Assembly: GCA_002245135.1 (NCBI GenBank)
Contig: NGBS01000333.1
Span: 1-64,000 of the forward strand
Reading direction: 5' to 3'
Source of the DNA: Proteromonas lacertae
Taxonomy: Eukaryota
Length of the DNA: 64,000 nucleotides
Shown here: positions 28,103-41,912 of the stretch, piece by piece
How positions within the stretch are numbered: position 1 is the first letter of the stretch
How the letters are laid out: every line of letters starts with the position of its first letter
Position numbers and translations under genes: made by a program
The notes under the pieces: model-generated
What the model saw: only the letters and a program-made list of their open reading frames with translations
The model's database searches: none
What the model was told of the DNA's origin: nothing

Positions 28103-28264
28103 AGAAACGGATTTAATTTTTTAAATGACTTTTATTTTTTGAATTTGGGAATTAAGAACATCATATTAATTTTGATCAATACATCTTAAAAAACGTTTAC
28201 ACTATCTTATTATTAGTAATAGTTTAAAAACACAAGACTATATATCTTTTCCAAATATTACTGT

Positions 28265-31200
28265 ATGGATTCAAAAGAAGACTTTTTATTTGATTATAAA
28301 CCATCAGAAAAAGAAATAATTGAAAGTAAGGAGAATAATGCTGAAAAACCAAAAATTGCTACGAAACCACTTACAAGAACCACTAAACCAGTCACTTCAA
28401 AACAATCTTTTTTATCTAAACCTATAACAAAACCAACAACAGCTACTACTACTGCAAAGAGAGAAGGGCAAAGAAGATTTCTATAAAGATCCTGTAATAG
28501 TAACAAATAAACCAACAACAACAACTACAACAGCAAAACCATCAACTGTTACTAAACCAACAACAGCAGCAGCAAAGAGAATATCAGAAGGCAAAGAAGA
28601 TTTCTTTAAAGATCCTGTAATAGTAACAAATAAACCAACAACAACAACTACAACAGCAAAACCATCAACTGTTACTAAACCAACAACAACAGCAGCAAAG
28701 AGAATATCAGAAGGCAAAGAAGATTTCTTTAAAGATCCTGTAATAGTAACAAATAAACCAACAACAACAACTACAACAGCAAAACCATCAACTGTTACTA
28801 AACCAACAACAACTGCAGCAAAGAGAATATCAGAAGGCAAAGAAGATTTCTTTAAAGATCCTGTAATAGTAACAAATAAACCAACAACAACAACTACAAC
28901 AGCAAAACCATCAACTGTTACTAAACCAACAACAACTGCAGCAAAGAGAATATCAGAAGGCAAAGAAGATTTCTTTAAAGATCCTGTAATAGTAACAAAT
29001 AAACCAACAACAACAACTACAACAGCAAAACCATCAACTGTTACTAAACCAACAACAACTGCAGCAAAGAGAATATCAGAAGGCAAAGAAGATTTCTTTA
29101 AAGATCCTGTAATAGTAACAAATAAACCAACAACAACAACTACAACAGCAAAACCATCAACTGTTACTAAACCAACAACAACAGCAGCAAAGAGAATATC
29201 AGAAGGCAAAGAAGATTTCTTTAAAGATCCTGTAATAGTAACAAATAAACCAACAACAACAACTACAACAGCAAAACCATCAACTGTTACTAAACCAACA
29301 ACAACTGCAGCAAAGAGAATATCAGAAGGCAAAGAAGATTTCTTTAAAGATCCTGTAATAGTAACAAATAAACCAACAACAACAACTACAACAGCAAAAC
29401 CATCAACTGTTACTAAACCAACAACAACTGCAGCAAAGAGAATATCAGAAGGCAAAGAAGATTTCTTTAAAGATCCTGTAATAGTAACAAATAAACCAAC
29501 AACAACAACTACAACAGCAAAACCATCAACTGTTACTAAACCAACAACAGCAGCAGCAAAGAGAATATCAGAAGGTAAAGAAGATATATTGGAAGTAGAG
29601 AATGTAAATAATAAAGTTGATAAATCAGATAATAGTAAAGATGTTAAAAATGAAAGAAAATCAAATAGTAATGAAAATTCTGTTAAAAGAATATCTGAAG
29701 GAGAAGAAGATTCAAACCAAAATAATGATAATAAGAATGAAATAGCTGCTGGAGATACGTCAATTCCTCAAACTGCAAATAATGGACTTAATCCAAATAA
29801 TGGTGAATATTTGAAAGAAGAAAAGCCAGACAATGAGCGTGAAGTTGATGAAAATAATGAACAAAAATCCAGTTTAAAAGAGAGTCAACCTGAAAATCTT
29901 TGTACAATTGATGAAATTGAAGATGAAGAATCTTTAGCTGATATTATTCCATCAACTAATGAAGTTGAGACAAAGAATAAAGAGAATGATGATAATAACG
30001 AAGAAAAAACATCACCAAAAAAGAAACAAAACATAAATCAAGAAGCACAACAAGCAAAACAAGAAGAACAAAAACAACAAAGTGATGATCAAAAGCAAGA
30101 TGAGAATAAAAATAATGAAAATTCCAATGTTATTGATAATTTAATATCACCTACAGAAGAAGATAATGTAACTGAAGAAAAACCTCATCCCAACATCAAC
30201 ATACCAAATCAAGTTAATGAAATTGATGACTTGCTTGTTGAGAGTAGTGAAAGTATTTCAGTTTCACAAACTCATAAGCCACTACAAAATAGAAGAATTA
30301 ATCAATTGAAACATGAGAGTCACAGTAGATCAGATGATTTTAAGAAAGGAAAGAAGCACAATTCCTATAACAGTGAATCTCCCTTGAATCAATATCCAGC
30401 TGGTTTGCCTGATGATACAAGTTATGAACATACAAAATATCCAACACATTTACAGAATGGTTTTGTTAAACCATCAATAAGAATAACAGAAAGTATGGAA
30501 GTTGTGCCAAGTCTTAATTTTGATAATCAACAGAATGAACCTTTATCTCCATATAATCCTGTTAAATGCGATTATAATGAAAGTTTGAAGAAACTGAGGA
30601 AAATTACTCCAACAAGAATGTATAATCAATTAGATGATATGATGTCTCCTTTAAAAATGTATATAATTAATATATTTGCTTTTTGTATAGATTTGCTGGT
30701 TATACTACTCCTGAATATTATGATCATGACATCTTAATAGAAAAACAAAAGATAAAAGAAACGCAACCACTTAAATATGCAATTGATTTCTTTGGACAAT
30801 ATATAAAGTGTGAAAAAATAGAAAAATTAAGTGATGAAGGAGATGAGTATGTATTAGTAAATGGAAATCAAGCGATTAAAACAATAGATATAATTACTGT
30901 TGAAAGAAAACCAATTGAATATTCTGCGAAAGATAAAATTCTTTATACAACAATTGGAGGTATTATTTGGTCAGAAGGCATAATTATGAAGATATTACCA
31001 TCCAATAATAATCTTCAAATTCAAAGTCTTGAAACAGGTAAATTATTAATATTAACTCCTAATGAAATCAGATTATATGAAGATCATATTCTCTACCAAG
31101 AATGTGATGAAGTTGATTGTTTATATACAAATGGTCAATGGTATAGTGGAATAATAAAATCATGTCATCATGGAAAGAACAATATATCAACAAACAATAA

Positions 31201-32164
31201 ATACTCAGTAATTTATGATGATGGAGATACAAATGAATATGTTGATTTTGTAAATATAAGACAGCATTTTATCAAAGGAGATATTGTTATTTATTGTAAT
31301 TCAAATACCTACAGTAGTAATTTAGGTAGTACACTTAATAATATAAGAGTTAAATGGTATATTGGTAAAATAGTGGAAAGGACAATGAATAATAAATATA
31401 CAATTTATAATAAAGAATATAATATGACTTTAGAAAATATAAGTTATAATGACATAAGGTATTATAGAGATTATGATTTCAAAGTAAATGATGAAGTTAC
31501 TGTATTATATTCAAACTTAGTTTGGTATAAAGGAAGAGTAATTAGAGCAAAATCTAATAGATTGTATGATATATATTTAGATTATGGTGATATTGTGTTT
31601 AATGAACATCCTTTTAATATGAGGAAAATATATGATCCACGAGTATTTAATGTTGGAGATAGAATAGTATATGGTGTTCAATATTTAACTGGTATTGTAA
31701 ATAGAGTGAATGAAAGAAATACATTTAATGTTTATTGTGATAATGGATTGTATATTGAGAATGTTACAACTATGGATATTTTATATTATCAACACTATGA
31801 TAGAGAATTGAAGTTTAAAATTGGTGATATAGTTAGAACTGGTTTGAGTAATAATGGTGACTTGTTTACTGGTGTTATACAGAATATTAATTATGCTGAT
31901 CGAACTTATGATATTCTTACTGGTATTTTCTTTCAAGATCAATATCATGAAGATGGTATAGCTTATAATTGTATTGAAAGGAATATTCAATATGAAACAG
32001 AAGTTGAAGATGACGAATTTGAAGAACCAGGTGAAATAAATGATTCTTTATCTACAGCAAGCACACCAGCTAATAAAGAAAGACCTGATTTATTAGAACA
32101 GTCATTGAAAAGATTCAGTGTTAGTTATTTATCAGTAAGATCTTCAATATTTTCACCTTCGTAA
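28265..32164 (+). CDS. Protein with 41-aa Thr-rich tandem repeats, low-complexity linker and tandem Tudor/Agenet-like domains
   Basis: After an extra G near 28467 the + frame is open through the repeats into ORF 29589-30737. An intron at ~30659-30690 joins ORF 30683-32164, which has repeated (D/E)V..LY..G.WY.G.I..Y.V.YDDGD modules. Confidence 0.7.
28463..29585 (+). repeat. 123-bp coding minisatellite, about 9 near-identical copies
   Basis: GATCCTGTAATAG recurs at 28488, 28611, 28734 and so on to 29472. The unit encodes EGKEDFFKDPVIVTNKPTTTTTTAKPSTVTKPTTTAAKRIS. Confidence 0.95.
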
Positions 32165-32297
32165 TCTAAGTATAATTGAATTTTTGTGATAACAATATTT
32201 TAATTTGAATAACATTCCTTTATTTGATGAGAAAAATTCAAAAAATAAAAAGACAAGATCTGTCCGATTTCTTTTAGCCGTTTTTAAAATCGTTTAA

Positions 32298-34891
32298 ATG
32301 TCAGAAGAGAAGAAAAGCGAATCAAAAGTATAAAATGATAATATTTTATGTTTAGACCAATGATGTTGATGTTGATTCGGTGACAGAATTATCAAAAATT
32401 CGAGATGTGGTTGAAATTTTTCAATCGGCAATAACAGGATTTACAGATCATACCAAAGATGGACTGAGCAACATCCAAACAGATACAATGGCTGAATTAC
32501 ATACACTACAAGTATTTTTGTTTGATAGTTAATCTTTTCATTAGACAGGTTCATTGTTTAATATTCTTCAAGGAGACAATCCAGATGAAGAATTAACTGC
32601 ATTTAATGAACAGACAGAACAATTAGTGTGGAAATCAATGAGAGAAGCTCAAGAACTAACTCTAAATACATTTTCCGATTTACAAGGTAAATTAACAGCA
32701 TTATTTAACCAAGAATTTTCCAATTTATCAATGAAATACTCAAAACAATATGTATGGGCAAAAGAGACAATGGATAGAAAGATAAATAATGTTAGACTAG
32801 CTCATGAATCTCAGCTACTTACGTACAGAATACAATTAGAAGAACACAATAGAATGGAGCAAGATACAATCCGAAGACAATATGAACAAAGTATAAAAGA
32901 AATGGAAGATACAATTGGTGAGAATTTAAGAAAGACAAAAGAGGAATTAGAAAAAGTGACAAAAGAAAGATCTGCCTTAGCAAATGTACATCATGAGATG
33001 GTACAGAGACAGAAGGAATTAGAAACAGCAATAGAGAAGATGGCTAATGAAAGAGATAAAGCATTAAAAGAAGCTACAAAGATTGCTGAACAAAGTGTTA
33101 AAACTGTATCACAATATGATGATTTAGGAACAAAGTATATATTTATATTCATTATTATTATTATTTTATAGATATAAATCCATATTACCTGAGTTGCAAA
33201 TATCACAAGCTCAAGCTGCTGAATTGCAGGAGAAGTATGAAGCATCAGAGAAAGAGAATAAAGAATTGAAAGTATTAGAATATTAATTAATATTTTATGA
33301 TTAGAGAACTTTAGAAATAAAAGAAAAAGAATTACAAAAACAGAAAAGAATAAATGAACAACATGAAAGAGAAATTAATAAATTAAAAGAGTATTATATT
33401 ATACATATCATATATAATATTATAGTAATATAAAACAATTGCAAGCAACAATCAAGAAACAAGAAACTTTAATAGAAAAGTTACAATTTTCAGAAAAGAG
33501 ATTTGAACCAGTTAGAAAAGCATTGGAAGCACAAATAGAACAATTGAAACAACAACTACAGAAATATATGCATAGTTTAGATGTAATGAGTGCAGATGTA
33601 TATTCTTCAATTTTTATAGTATTAGTACAAAGTGATATCTGATCAATTGAATTTGAAATCTCAAGAATGCGTTAATTTATCAAATGAATTATCAGATTTA
33701 AGAAGAAAATATAACGAAGTTGCTGAAAAACTATTGAGTTTAGAAGAAGGATTAAAAGGAGTAATGTCAAATCCAAATATTGATGATGCTTCAAAAGAAG
33801 ATGTTAATAGAAGATTAAGTGAATTCTCAACTCAATTCAGAATCAATGTAGAACAAGAAGCACAGAATTGTGTTACAAAAGAAAGAGTTGAATATATTAA
33901 ACAAGAATTGAATGAAAGATTATCTAGACAAATATCATTAAAATCAAGAGAATCAACGTTTCATGATTTTAAAACAGTTCCAGGTCAATCATTATCAAGA
34001 GCTTCAACTGCAGATTCATTGAATGCTGAAAATAGTAACAATAATGGATCTCAAACAGATTTTCAAAGATTGTCTACTCCTCAAGCATTTGTTCCTCAAT
34101 CTAGAATTGAAGAATATAATATATCTTTTCTTTTTACTTGTATGTTATAAAGATGATAAGTTTATCTTTAATTCTTATGTAATTGAAATTAGAAGAGTTA
34201 AATCTTAGATTAGAAGATAAAGACACAGAATTAGAAGCTTACCAACAAGCAATACAAGAGAAAGAAGCACATATTGCAGAATTGATATTATTAGTTCGTT
34301 CACAGAAAGACGATATAAACAGATATCAAAATATGGTAAATACTAAGATAAGTGGTAGACAAGTTGGAATGAGTATAACAGGAAGGCAAGTTGGTGGTGA
34401 TTCAAGATCGCCTTATATAAGATCATTTAAATCTGAATTAGGAAGATTGAGATCTACATCACCTGTTGTTTTACCAGAAAGAGCAGAAACTGTATATTTC
34501 TTATTTTGTTTATTTTATTATTTATTAGAGTCTATCTGCTTTACCACCATTCAAATGTAAGAGTGTTAATTCACCTACATCTTCATCAAGTTATGGTAAA
34601 TCATTACCTGGTGCTATTCAACCTCCATTACCAAGAACAACTAAAATACCAGGACATGTTAAATATGCTGCACAATTATCACTGCAAAATAACTTCATTG
34701 ATACTTATAGTGAGGTTTATCCATTAGATAGTGAATGTTATGCAAAATATCAAGGGAAGAAATGGATGAAAGGAACAGTAATTAGAGTATATGGGAATAA
34801 TTGCTTTGATATATTGTTTGAAAATGGTAGAAAAGAATCAAGAGTGAGTGGTGAAAGAATGGCAAAAGAAATAGGTGAAATAAGAATATAA
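32298..34891 (+). CDS. Long coiled-coil protein with C-terminal Tudor-like domain
   Basis: Several coiled-coil exons are joined by short introns. The last exon ends ECYAKYQGKKWMKGTVIRVYGNNCFDILFENG..IRI*. One junction (34121-34182) requires an AT-donor intron. Confidence 0.7.
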
Positions 34892-35013
34892 AAGAAAAAG
34901 TAATAGTATTGTTAATATGATAAATATATTTAATTGTTCATTTATTAAACTGTATTTTATTATGTAATAAGGAAATAAAAACATAAGAATTAAAAAAATA
35001 ATAACAATATTAT

Positions 35014-37257
35014 CTACTTACCACCATTTGTATAAAACATAATCAAAGCTTGATCTACAGAATATCTACCTCTATCTTCATATTTCAGCAATTTATCAAT
35101 AATATCAATCATAAATTTAGGAACAAAATTAGGAAGAGCTTTTCTATTATGTTTTTGTTTAACTAATAGCTCTTGCATATTTCTAGCTTGATAAGGAACT
35201 TCTAAACTACACATTTCATACAAAACACAACCAACAGACCAACTATCTACTTTATTTGTATATTCTTTATTCTCTAATAATTCAGGAGCCATATACAATG
35301 GAGTACCAGCAACAGAACGACATAACATATTCTCATTCTCTATCATTTTTGATATACCAAAATCACCTAACAACAAACCATTTTCTTCAGAATTTAAAAA
35401 CAAATTCTCAGGTTTTACATCTCTATGTATTACAGATTTGTCATGAATATAAGCCAAACCATTTAATAAAGAATCAGTGAAAGATTTAATCATTTCAATC
35501 TCCATAAATGTTCCTTTTTTCTTATAATTCTTTATTAAATCCTTCAAATCTCCATTATCACAATAACCCATAATCAAAAATATATCTTTACCTTCACAAA
35601 ATGCATCAATAAACTTCACTGTATAAGTAGAATCACTTAACTCAGCATGAATATACACTTCATTAATAATATCCTTCTGTTGAACACCTCTTTTACATGT
35701 GATTCTTTTTATAGCTAATTTTTCATTAATCATCTTATTAGTACCTAAATATACAACTCCATAACTTCCATGTCCAATTTCTTCTAATAAATAATAATCG
35801 CCGTGTTTCTCAGCTTTATTAATATCATAATTCTTAATATTCATTTGAGTTTTATATTGTTTTGGAACTTTTGTTATCACTTTATTATTATTACCATCAT
35901 TATCATTATTAGAAGGTTGTGGTGGTTGTAGAGGAGGTGGTTCAGGTATTACATATCCTGTAGAACCTCTTCTTAATGGCGGATTCATTTGTCTTGGAGT
36001 TTGTTTCGGTGTTTTTTTAGTGGAACTCGTGGAGATGATAATATTGCTGGAGATTTTGGTGTTGGTGATGGTGTAGATCTTCTTTCAGATAATTTATCTC
36101 TTTTTAGTAATGGCGAATGAGTAACTGGTGATTGATTATTTCTATTGAACGAATGAATGACTTTATTTTCATTATACAAATTGTTAGGGTTTGGATAATA
36201 CGGATTACCACTACTTACATCAGATTGTAAATGAAGATTGTCTTTAATAGCTGGAGGCGTTTTCTGCTTCGTTTCTGGTGAATTAAATGGTGATTCTAAT
36301 AGATTTGGTCCTGAATTATCTTCATTATAATCATCATCATCATCATCAGAATATTTCCTATTCTTTGAGCTACTACTATGAGTGTTATTGCTACTACCAC
36401 CATATTGATAATTCGACTCTACAACTTCATTCTCACCTGTAATAAAGTTGGTATGAATAGGTAATTCTTTTTTCTCTTTTCTTAGATCATTATTAATTAT
36501 ATCAAATACTTGTTTACAAGTTAATCTTTCCCTTGGATTTGGATTTAATAATCCATGTAAAATATTAAACACTGTTTCATTTACACCACAAGGAGGTCTT
36601 AGTAAATGATGTTCATCATTAATATACGTTGATAAATTATCACTATTGGCAAAAGGAGGAATATTAAAGCCATAAGTATATAATATAACACCTACTCTCC
36701 ACATATCAATCTCTTTACTCATCTTTTTTTCGTATTTTTTATCACTGTTTTGAAACTCTTCTGGTGATGTATATAATATATTTTTTCTAAGCAAATTATC
36801 ATTAAGAGGTGTTACATCATTTAAATATATTGATTCATATCTTTCGTAATCAACTATAAAACTACCAAGCGTTAAATAACCATGACAAACACTATGACTG
36901 TGTAATTCATTCATACAGTCAATTACGTCTCTTATTGTTTTTAAATCAAGTGCACACTCTGTATATTTAGTTGCTAAATCAGTTAGCGTTGAAAGAGTAG
37001 CTTCAAAATGGATTTTTATCAATGATACACGATCTTTATGAACATTACAACTGTACGGGATAATAAATCTTTTCAATACACCACATTTTTCTCTTTGTTC
37101 AATCTATGATTAAAATATACAATTATACTGTTCTTCTAATCTCATCTTTCAATCGAAGTGGATACATTTCTTCTCTATACTGTGCCTCTCCCTTAGTAGA
37201 AGCAGCCATCCATATATCAATCACACTATCGTCATCTATTAACGACAATCTATTCAT
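35014..37257 (-). CDS. Tandem kinase: N-terminal pseudokinase plus C-terminal NEK-like Ser/Thr kinase
   Basis: The C-terminal domain has IGHGSYG, AIK, HRDVKPEN, DFG and GTPLYMAPE. The N-terminal domain is degenerate (HGYLTLGSF, YTSPE, DMWRVG). The two ORFs fuse if one A is added to the A7 run near 36015 (KKTPKQTPRQMNPP). Confidence 0.75.
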
Positions 37258-37935
37258 TTTTAAATTTAAAAAGTTTGAAACTTATTTCTAACGACTATCT
37301 TTTTTGAAACAAAATAAAAAATTTATCTGTTATATTATGGAAAGTAGAGTATTTATAGCTTCTGCAGTAGGAGTTTGATAAAATAACGAAGAATAAAATA
37401 AATTCTATTATAGAATGAAGCAACTAAATAAAATATTTATAGAAATATCTTCAAAACATGCTGAATCTGAATAATGTTAAATATAACTGTTTGTGACATT
37501 TAAATATTCTTTTATTTTCACTAACATCAGATCTTGTTCTATAACAATTACTTTTAGTGTTTCATACTTCATCACCAACCAACTTATCATGCCGATATAA
37601 TAGAGAATTATGAATTTTAAATCTTTGAAAGAGGAAATAGAAAAATTAAAAAATCCTCTTTATAAAAGAGAATAATAGAAAATTCTTAACCCTTAACATA
37701 ATATTATTAAAAAAAATAGAAATCCTCCATGATAGAATTTTATGATCCTCTATTATTTTTATCTGACCATAATTCTGTAATAAGAAAGAGAATGCTATAG
37801 AAGAGGATTTGAAGTGTGTATAACGCTATAATTATGTATTTTAAAAGAAAAGTGGAAAAACAAACACAATTTCATCTCATAAAGAGGAATTATCATTATC
37901 ATCTAATTAATGAGTCTTTTTCTTTTTGTTTGGAT

Positions 37936-38178
37936 TTAATTTATCAATCCTTCTTTGATCTTCTCAACATCCTTCTGTATTTCATCAACCTCATTTTCAT
38001 AATCCTCTTTTGCTTTCTTGGAATCATTGTATTGTTTTTTGTAGGATGCTTTATCTGGGAAGTTTTGAATATCATCGGTCTGATACTGTTCCTTATACTT
38101 ATGCATTTCTTTTAATAATTCATCAATACGGTCGGGTTTTTTGTATGCTTTGTTCATCTGATTTTTCTTGTACTTCAT
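37936..38178 (-). other. Short charged ORF, possible gene remnant
   Basis: An 80-aa Lys/Glu-rich ORF in an otherwise stop-ridden ~1 kb intergenic stretch; no recognisable domain. Confidence 0.25.
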
Positions 38179-38387
38179 CAGTTTAGTCTTTAAATAACTA
38201 CTTCATAATATAATTCAATTCACATCACATAATTTAATTACTTTTACTTTGATTAACTGTATTCTATTTGAATAGAGAAAAAATAATAGTTTTTCAGTAA
38301 TAATTAGCTTACAACATTAAAAATAAAAAATGAAAATATAGAAACGGATATATTTTATTTCGCTCCAAATTTTAATTTTTCATTTAT

Positions 38388-39629
38388 ATGGCTACTGTAG
38401 AAAGTATCAATTCAAATACTAGCAACAGTGTTAGTAATCATATGCCTTGGGTTGAAAAATAGTATAATTGTATTGTTTTTATTCAAATTAGCCGTCCAAA
38501 GAAAATATCTGATGTTTCTTGCCAAAATGAAGTAATACAAGCATTAACAACATCTGTACAGTCAGGTCATGTAAAAATTACATCTAATATATAATAGCTT
38601 CCTCATTTGTTATTTTATGGTCCTCCAGGAAGTGGTAAAACGTCAACTATTCTAGCATTTTGTCATGAAATCTACGGGTAAGTTATATTTGTTATATTGT
38701 AATATTAGAGATGATGTAAAAGATCGAGTTTTGGAAATGAATGCATCAGATGAAAGAGGTATAGCAGTCATTAGAGAAAAGATAAAAACTTTTGCACAAC
38801 GTAGTGTGTCTTCAAAAAAGTAAATTTAATTAATTACCTATTACTTTAATAGTCAAAATATACCTCCATTCAAGATAATAATATTAGATGAATGTGATAA
38901 TATGACAGGTGATGCTCAATCCGCTCTTAGAAGAATAATTGAGAATTACACAAAAGTTACTAGATTCTGTTTGATATGTAATTATATTAGTAGGTATGTA
39001 ATAATAATAACTATTATTTTTAGAATAATACCACCACTTGCTTCAAGATGTGCTAAATTTCGATATAAGCTGTTATCTTGCAGTTCAATGGTAGATAGAT
39101 TAAAATATATAGCATCAAAGGAGAATATTTCAATTTCGAATGATGATGTATTTGTTACTTTATACAGTATATCAAATGGAGATATGAGAAAATCAATTCA
39201 AATATTACAAAATGCATATTTATTATATGGAAATAATATTAACAATAATGAAATATATGAAATGGCAGGAGTATAATTATAATATATTAATTATATATAG
39301 AAAGTACCTAAAGAGAGAATTGATGAAATATTTGCTGCTTTAAAGTCATTTATATTTGATAATGTTAATAAAGTTGTATATTTATATGTATGTTATGTAA
39401 ATATGTATAGATAAATGGACTAGTACAAGATGGATATAGTGCTGCAACAATAATAAATGAATTTTTCGAATGTTTAAAAACAAGTGAATTATTTGATGAT
39501 AAACAACGTTCTGATATTTGTTTATCAATTGCACATTCAGATTATGCTCTTTCAAAAGGAGCTGATGAATATTTACAACTAATGTCTATTATGTCTACTA
39601 GTATTCAAGCATTATTAGGAGAATTATAA
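38388..39629 (+). CDS. RFC4: Replication factor C subunit (RFC4 / yeast Rfc2)
   Basis: Motifs [59 protein letters not shown] and SRC. Seven short introns. Confidence 0.92.
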
Positions 39630-39735
39630 CAATAATGTTAATCAATTTTGATGTTTTTCTATAATTGTGTGATTAGACTAAAATAATATACTAAAAATGA
39701 AAAATTAAATAAAATTAAAACTAATAAAACTATTT

Positions 39736-40862
39736 CTATTCATCATTACTAAATAACGAATGAAAAATGATTGAAATTGATAATGAATCAGATAAAAAAT
39801 CCATAAATCTCTGTCTTGCTCCACTATCATTTTCAGGAGCTGCTAAATTCATCAATGCACCAATAGAACACGTCTGACACAATACATCATTCGAAAACAC
39901 CAAATCACCCAAATAATTCATTATTTTATCATTACTCAAAATTTCATTTTTACTTCTATCATCTCTCGCTAAATTCTGAAGACAACCAGCAGCAGAACCA
40001 GCAACCATTTCATGTGGATATCTTAATAACTTTATAATAATTGGAATTATTCCACTTTCTCGAATTATAGGTAATGACATTGGATCACTCGATATATTGT
40101 GAAGCGTTGATATTGATCTGATGGTAATATCATGATTATTTGAGATTCTGATTAAATTACATACTAAAACTACTCCTTCTAATTCTCTTACCTTTATCCT
40201 TCCTAATGAATTGTATGTAATACTCTGTAAAGCACCTAATGAAGCACATCTTATATCAATATTGTCTATTCTCAACATTTTGATTAAATCGTCTATTATT
40301 CCATTATTAATTACACTTCTTATCTATTATTGTTAATAATAATTAAATGAATAGTATATAATTTTATACATTTTCTCTTTCGTAACATAGATTTAGTATT
40401 ACTTTTGCAGCTTCTATTGCATGTCTATTTATAACAATTAAAAAATAACAAAAAGAATGATACTCTGAACTATATGGTACTTTTAGAATAACTGAAATAG
40501 TTTCAATACAAAATGGTGGAGGATTTTTTCTATTGCTTTCAATTCTAAACAAAACTTTTAAACACTAATTAGTAAATCTTCATAAAATATATACTGATAA
40601 AAAAAGCAGTTGCAGTTTTTCATCACCTGTATCAACAGTTTGTCTTAATGCCCTTTGTATAAAACCCATTTCTTGAGTTTTAGAATCTCTATCTCTGGGA
40701 CTATAATGATTAAATTAACAATGTGTTTATATTTATATAATCATACACATTATTTGCTGATAGGTAAGCTTCTATAAGAGAATGTAATTCTTTATGACAA
40801 TGTTTTTCAAGTGAAGAATTCTTTTCCAAAAAATCATTTAATTCTTTTAACTCTGTATCCAT
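39736..40862 (-). CDS. Armadillo-repeat protein
   Basis: ARM repeats (ASLGALQSI, STLHNIS, AAGCLQNLA, IGALMNLA). Upstream exons are joined by four GT-AG introns. Confidence 0.75.
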
Positions 40863-40972
40863 TGCTATTTCCCCTCTATTCCATACTTACAGTTATTTTT
40901 GTAAATTGACAATGTAATTGACATAATATTACCAAGCTTTTGATTTGATTTTCATTTCTCATTTTTCATAAA

Positions 40973-41500
40973 ATGCCATCTACAGGCCATTTTTACTTTA
41001 GATATTAGTATAATACAAACAATATTTATATTATCTTGCATTTTAGTGTTGGTCATAAAGATAGAGTTAATGGACACGAATTTATGGAATATGAGTTTGA
41101 TCACGATGGTCATTTAAAATATGCAAATAGTTCTCATTATAAAGGAGATTTTCAAATTAGAAAAGAAGGTATAAATACATTTCTTATGTAACTGTGATAA
41201 ATAGCATATGTAACAAATGCAGTGTTGAAAGAATTGCAGCAAATGATAGAAGAAAGTCATATTATGGATTGTGATGATTCAAACTGGCCAGAACCAAATG
41301 AATTAGGAAAACAAGAACTTGAAATTAGATATGGTGATTATCATATTTGTTTTACATGTTCAAAGATAAATACAATGGGTGAAATACAAAAAAGTAAAGA
41401 TGTTGATGGATTAACGACCTTTTATTATTTAGTTCAAGATGTTCGTAGTTTAGTATTATCACTAATTGGTTTACATTTTAAGATTAAGCCAATACCATAA
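40973..41500 (+). CDS. MAGOH: Mago nashi (exon junction complex)
   Basis: [69 protein letters not shown], with two introns. Confidence 0.95.
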
Positions 41501-41784
41501 TTTGTATCTTAATTCTTTTAATTTTTTGTTTAACCCAATAAATGAATATATTATTAAATAATATCATAGACATACATACATATTTATATGTGTTATTAAA
41601 TCATCATTTCAGGCGTTAGTGGTTTTTCTTCTTCCATTTGTCTAACATATTCATTCAACCATTCTTCAATCTATAAATAACATTAAATATAAACAATATG
41701 AATATTATACTTTAACAATATTGTGATGATCCATTAATCTTTTACTAACAACAATATGTTGGAAATCATCTCTACAACCTTCAT
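41442..41784. repeat. Direct repeat, left copy (mago nashi 3' end, intergenic, lipase 3' exons)
   Basis: Near-identical to 45548-45877, differing by a 12-nt deletion in the right copy and a few small changes. Confidence 0.92.
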
Positions 41785-41867
41785 TTGTTATTAATGAATG
41801 ATTTTATTTTCTTACTGAATTAGTTATTGAATACATACTATGATCAAACTGCTGATAGAAAAATAAG

Positions 41868-41912
<45 letters not shown>

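Noticed and set aside
28481..29455. 324-aa Val-rich minus-strand ORF, or a CRISPR-like array
   Set aside because: It is the antisense shadow of the + strand coding minisatellite. The units are contiguous with no unique spacers.
40425..40463. GTATCATT donor in the ARM gene as a GT-AG U12 intron
   Set aside because: The donor and branch matches are weak, and the 39-nt intron is fully compatible with ordinary splicing.
41871..41912. (TAA)n tract near the cassette 3' end as a retroelement tail
   Set aside because: It is about 85 bp inside the boundary, the cassette gene keeps its introns, there is no reverse transcriptase, and similar tracts are common in local introns.
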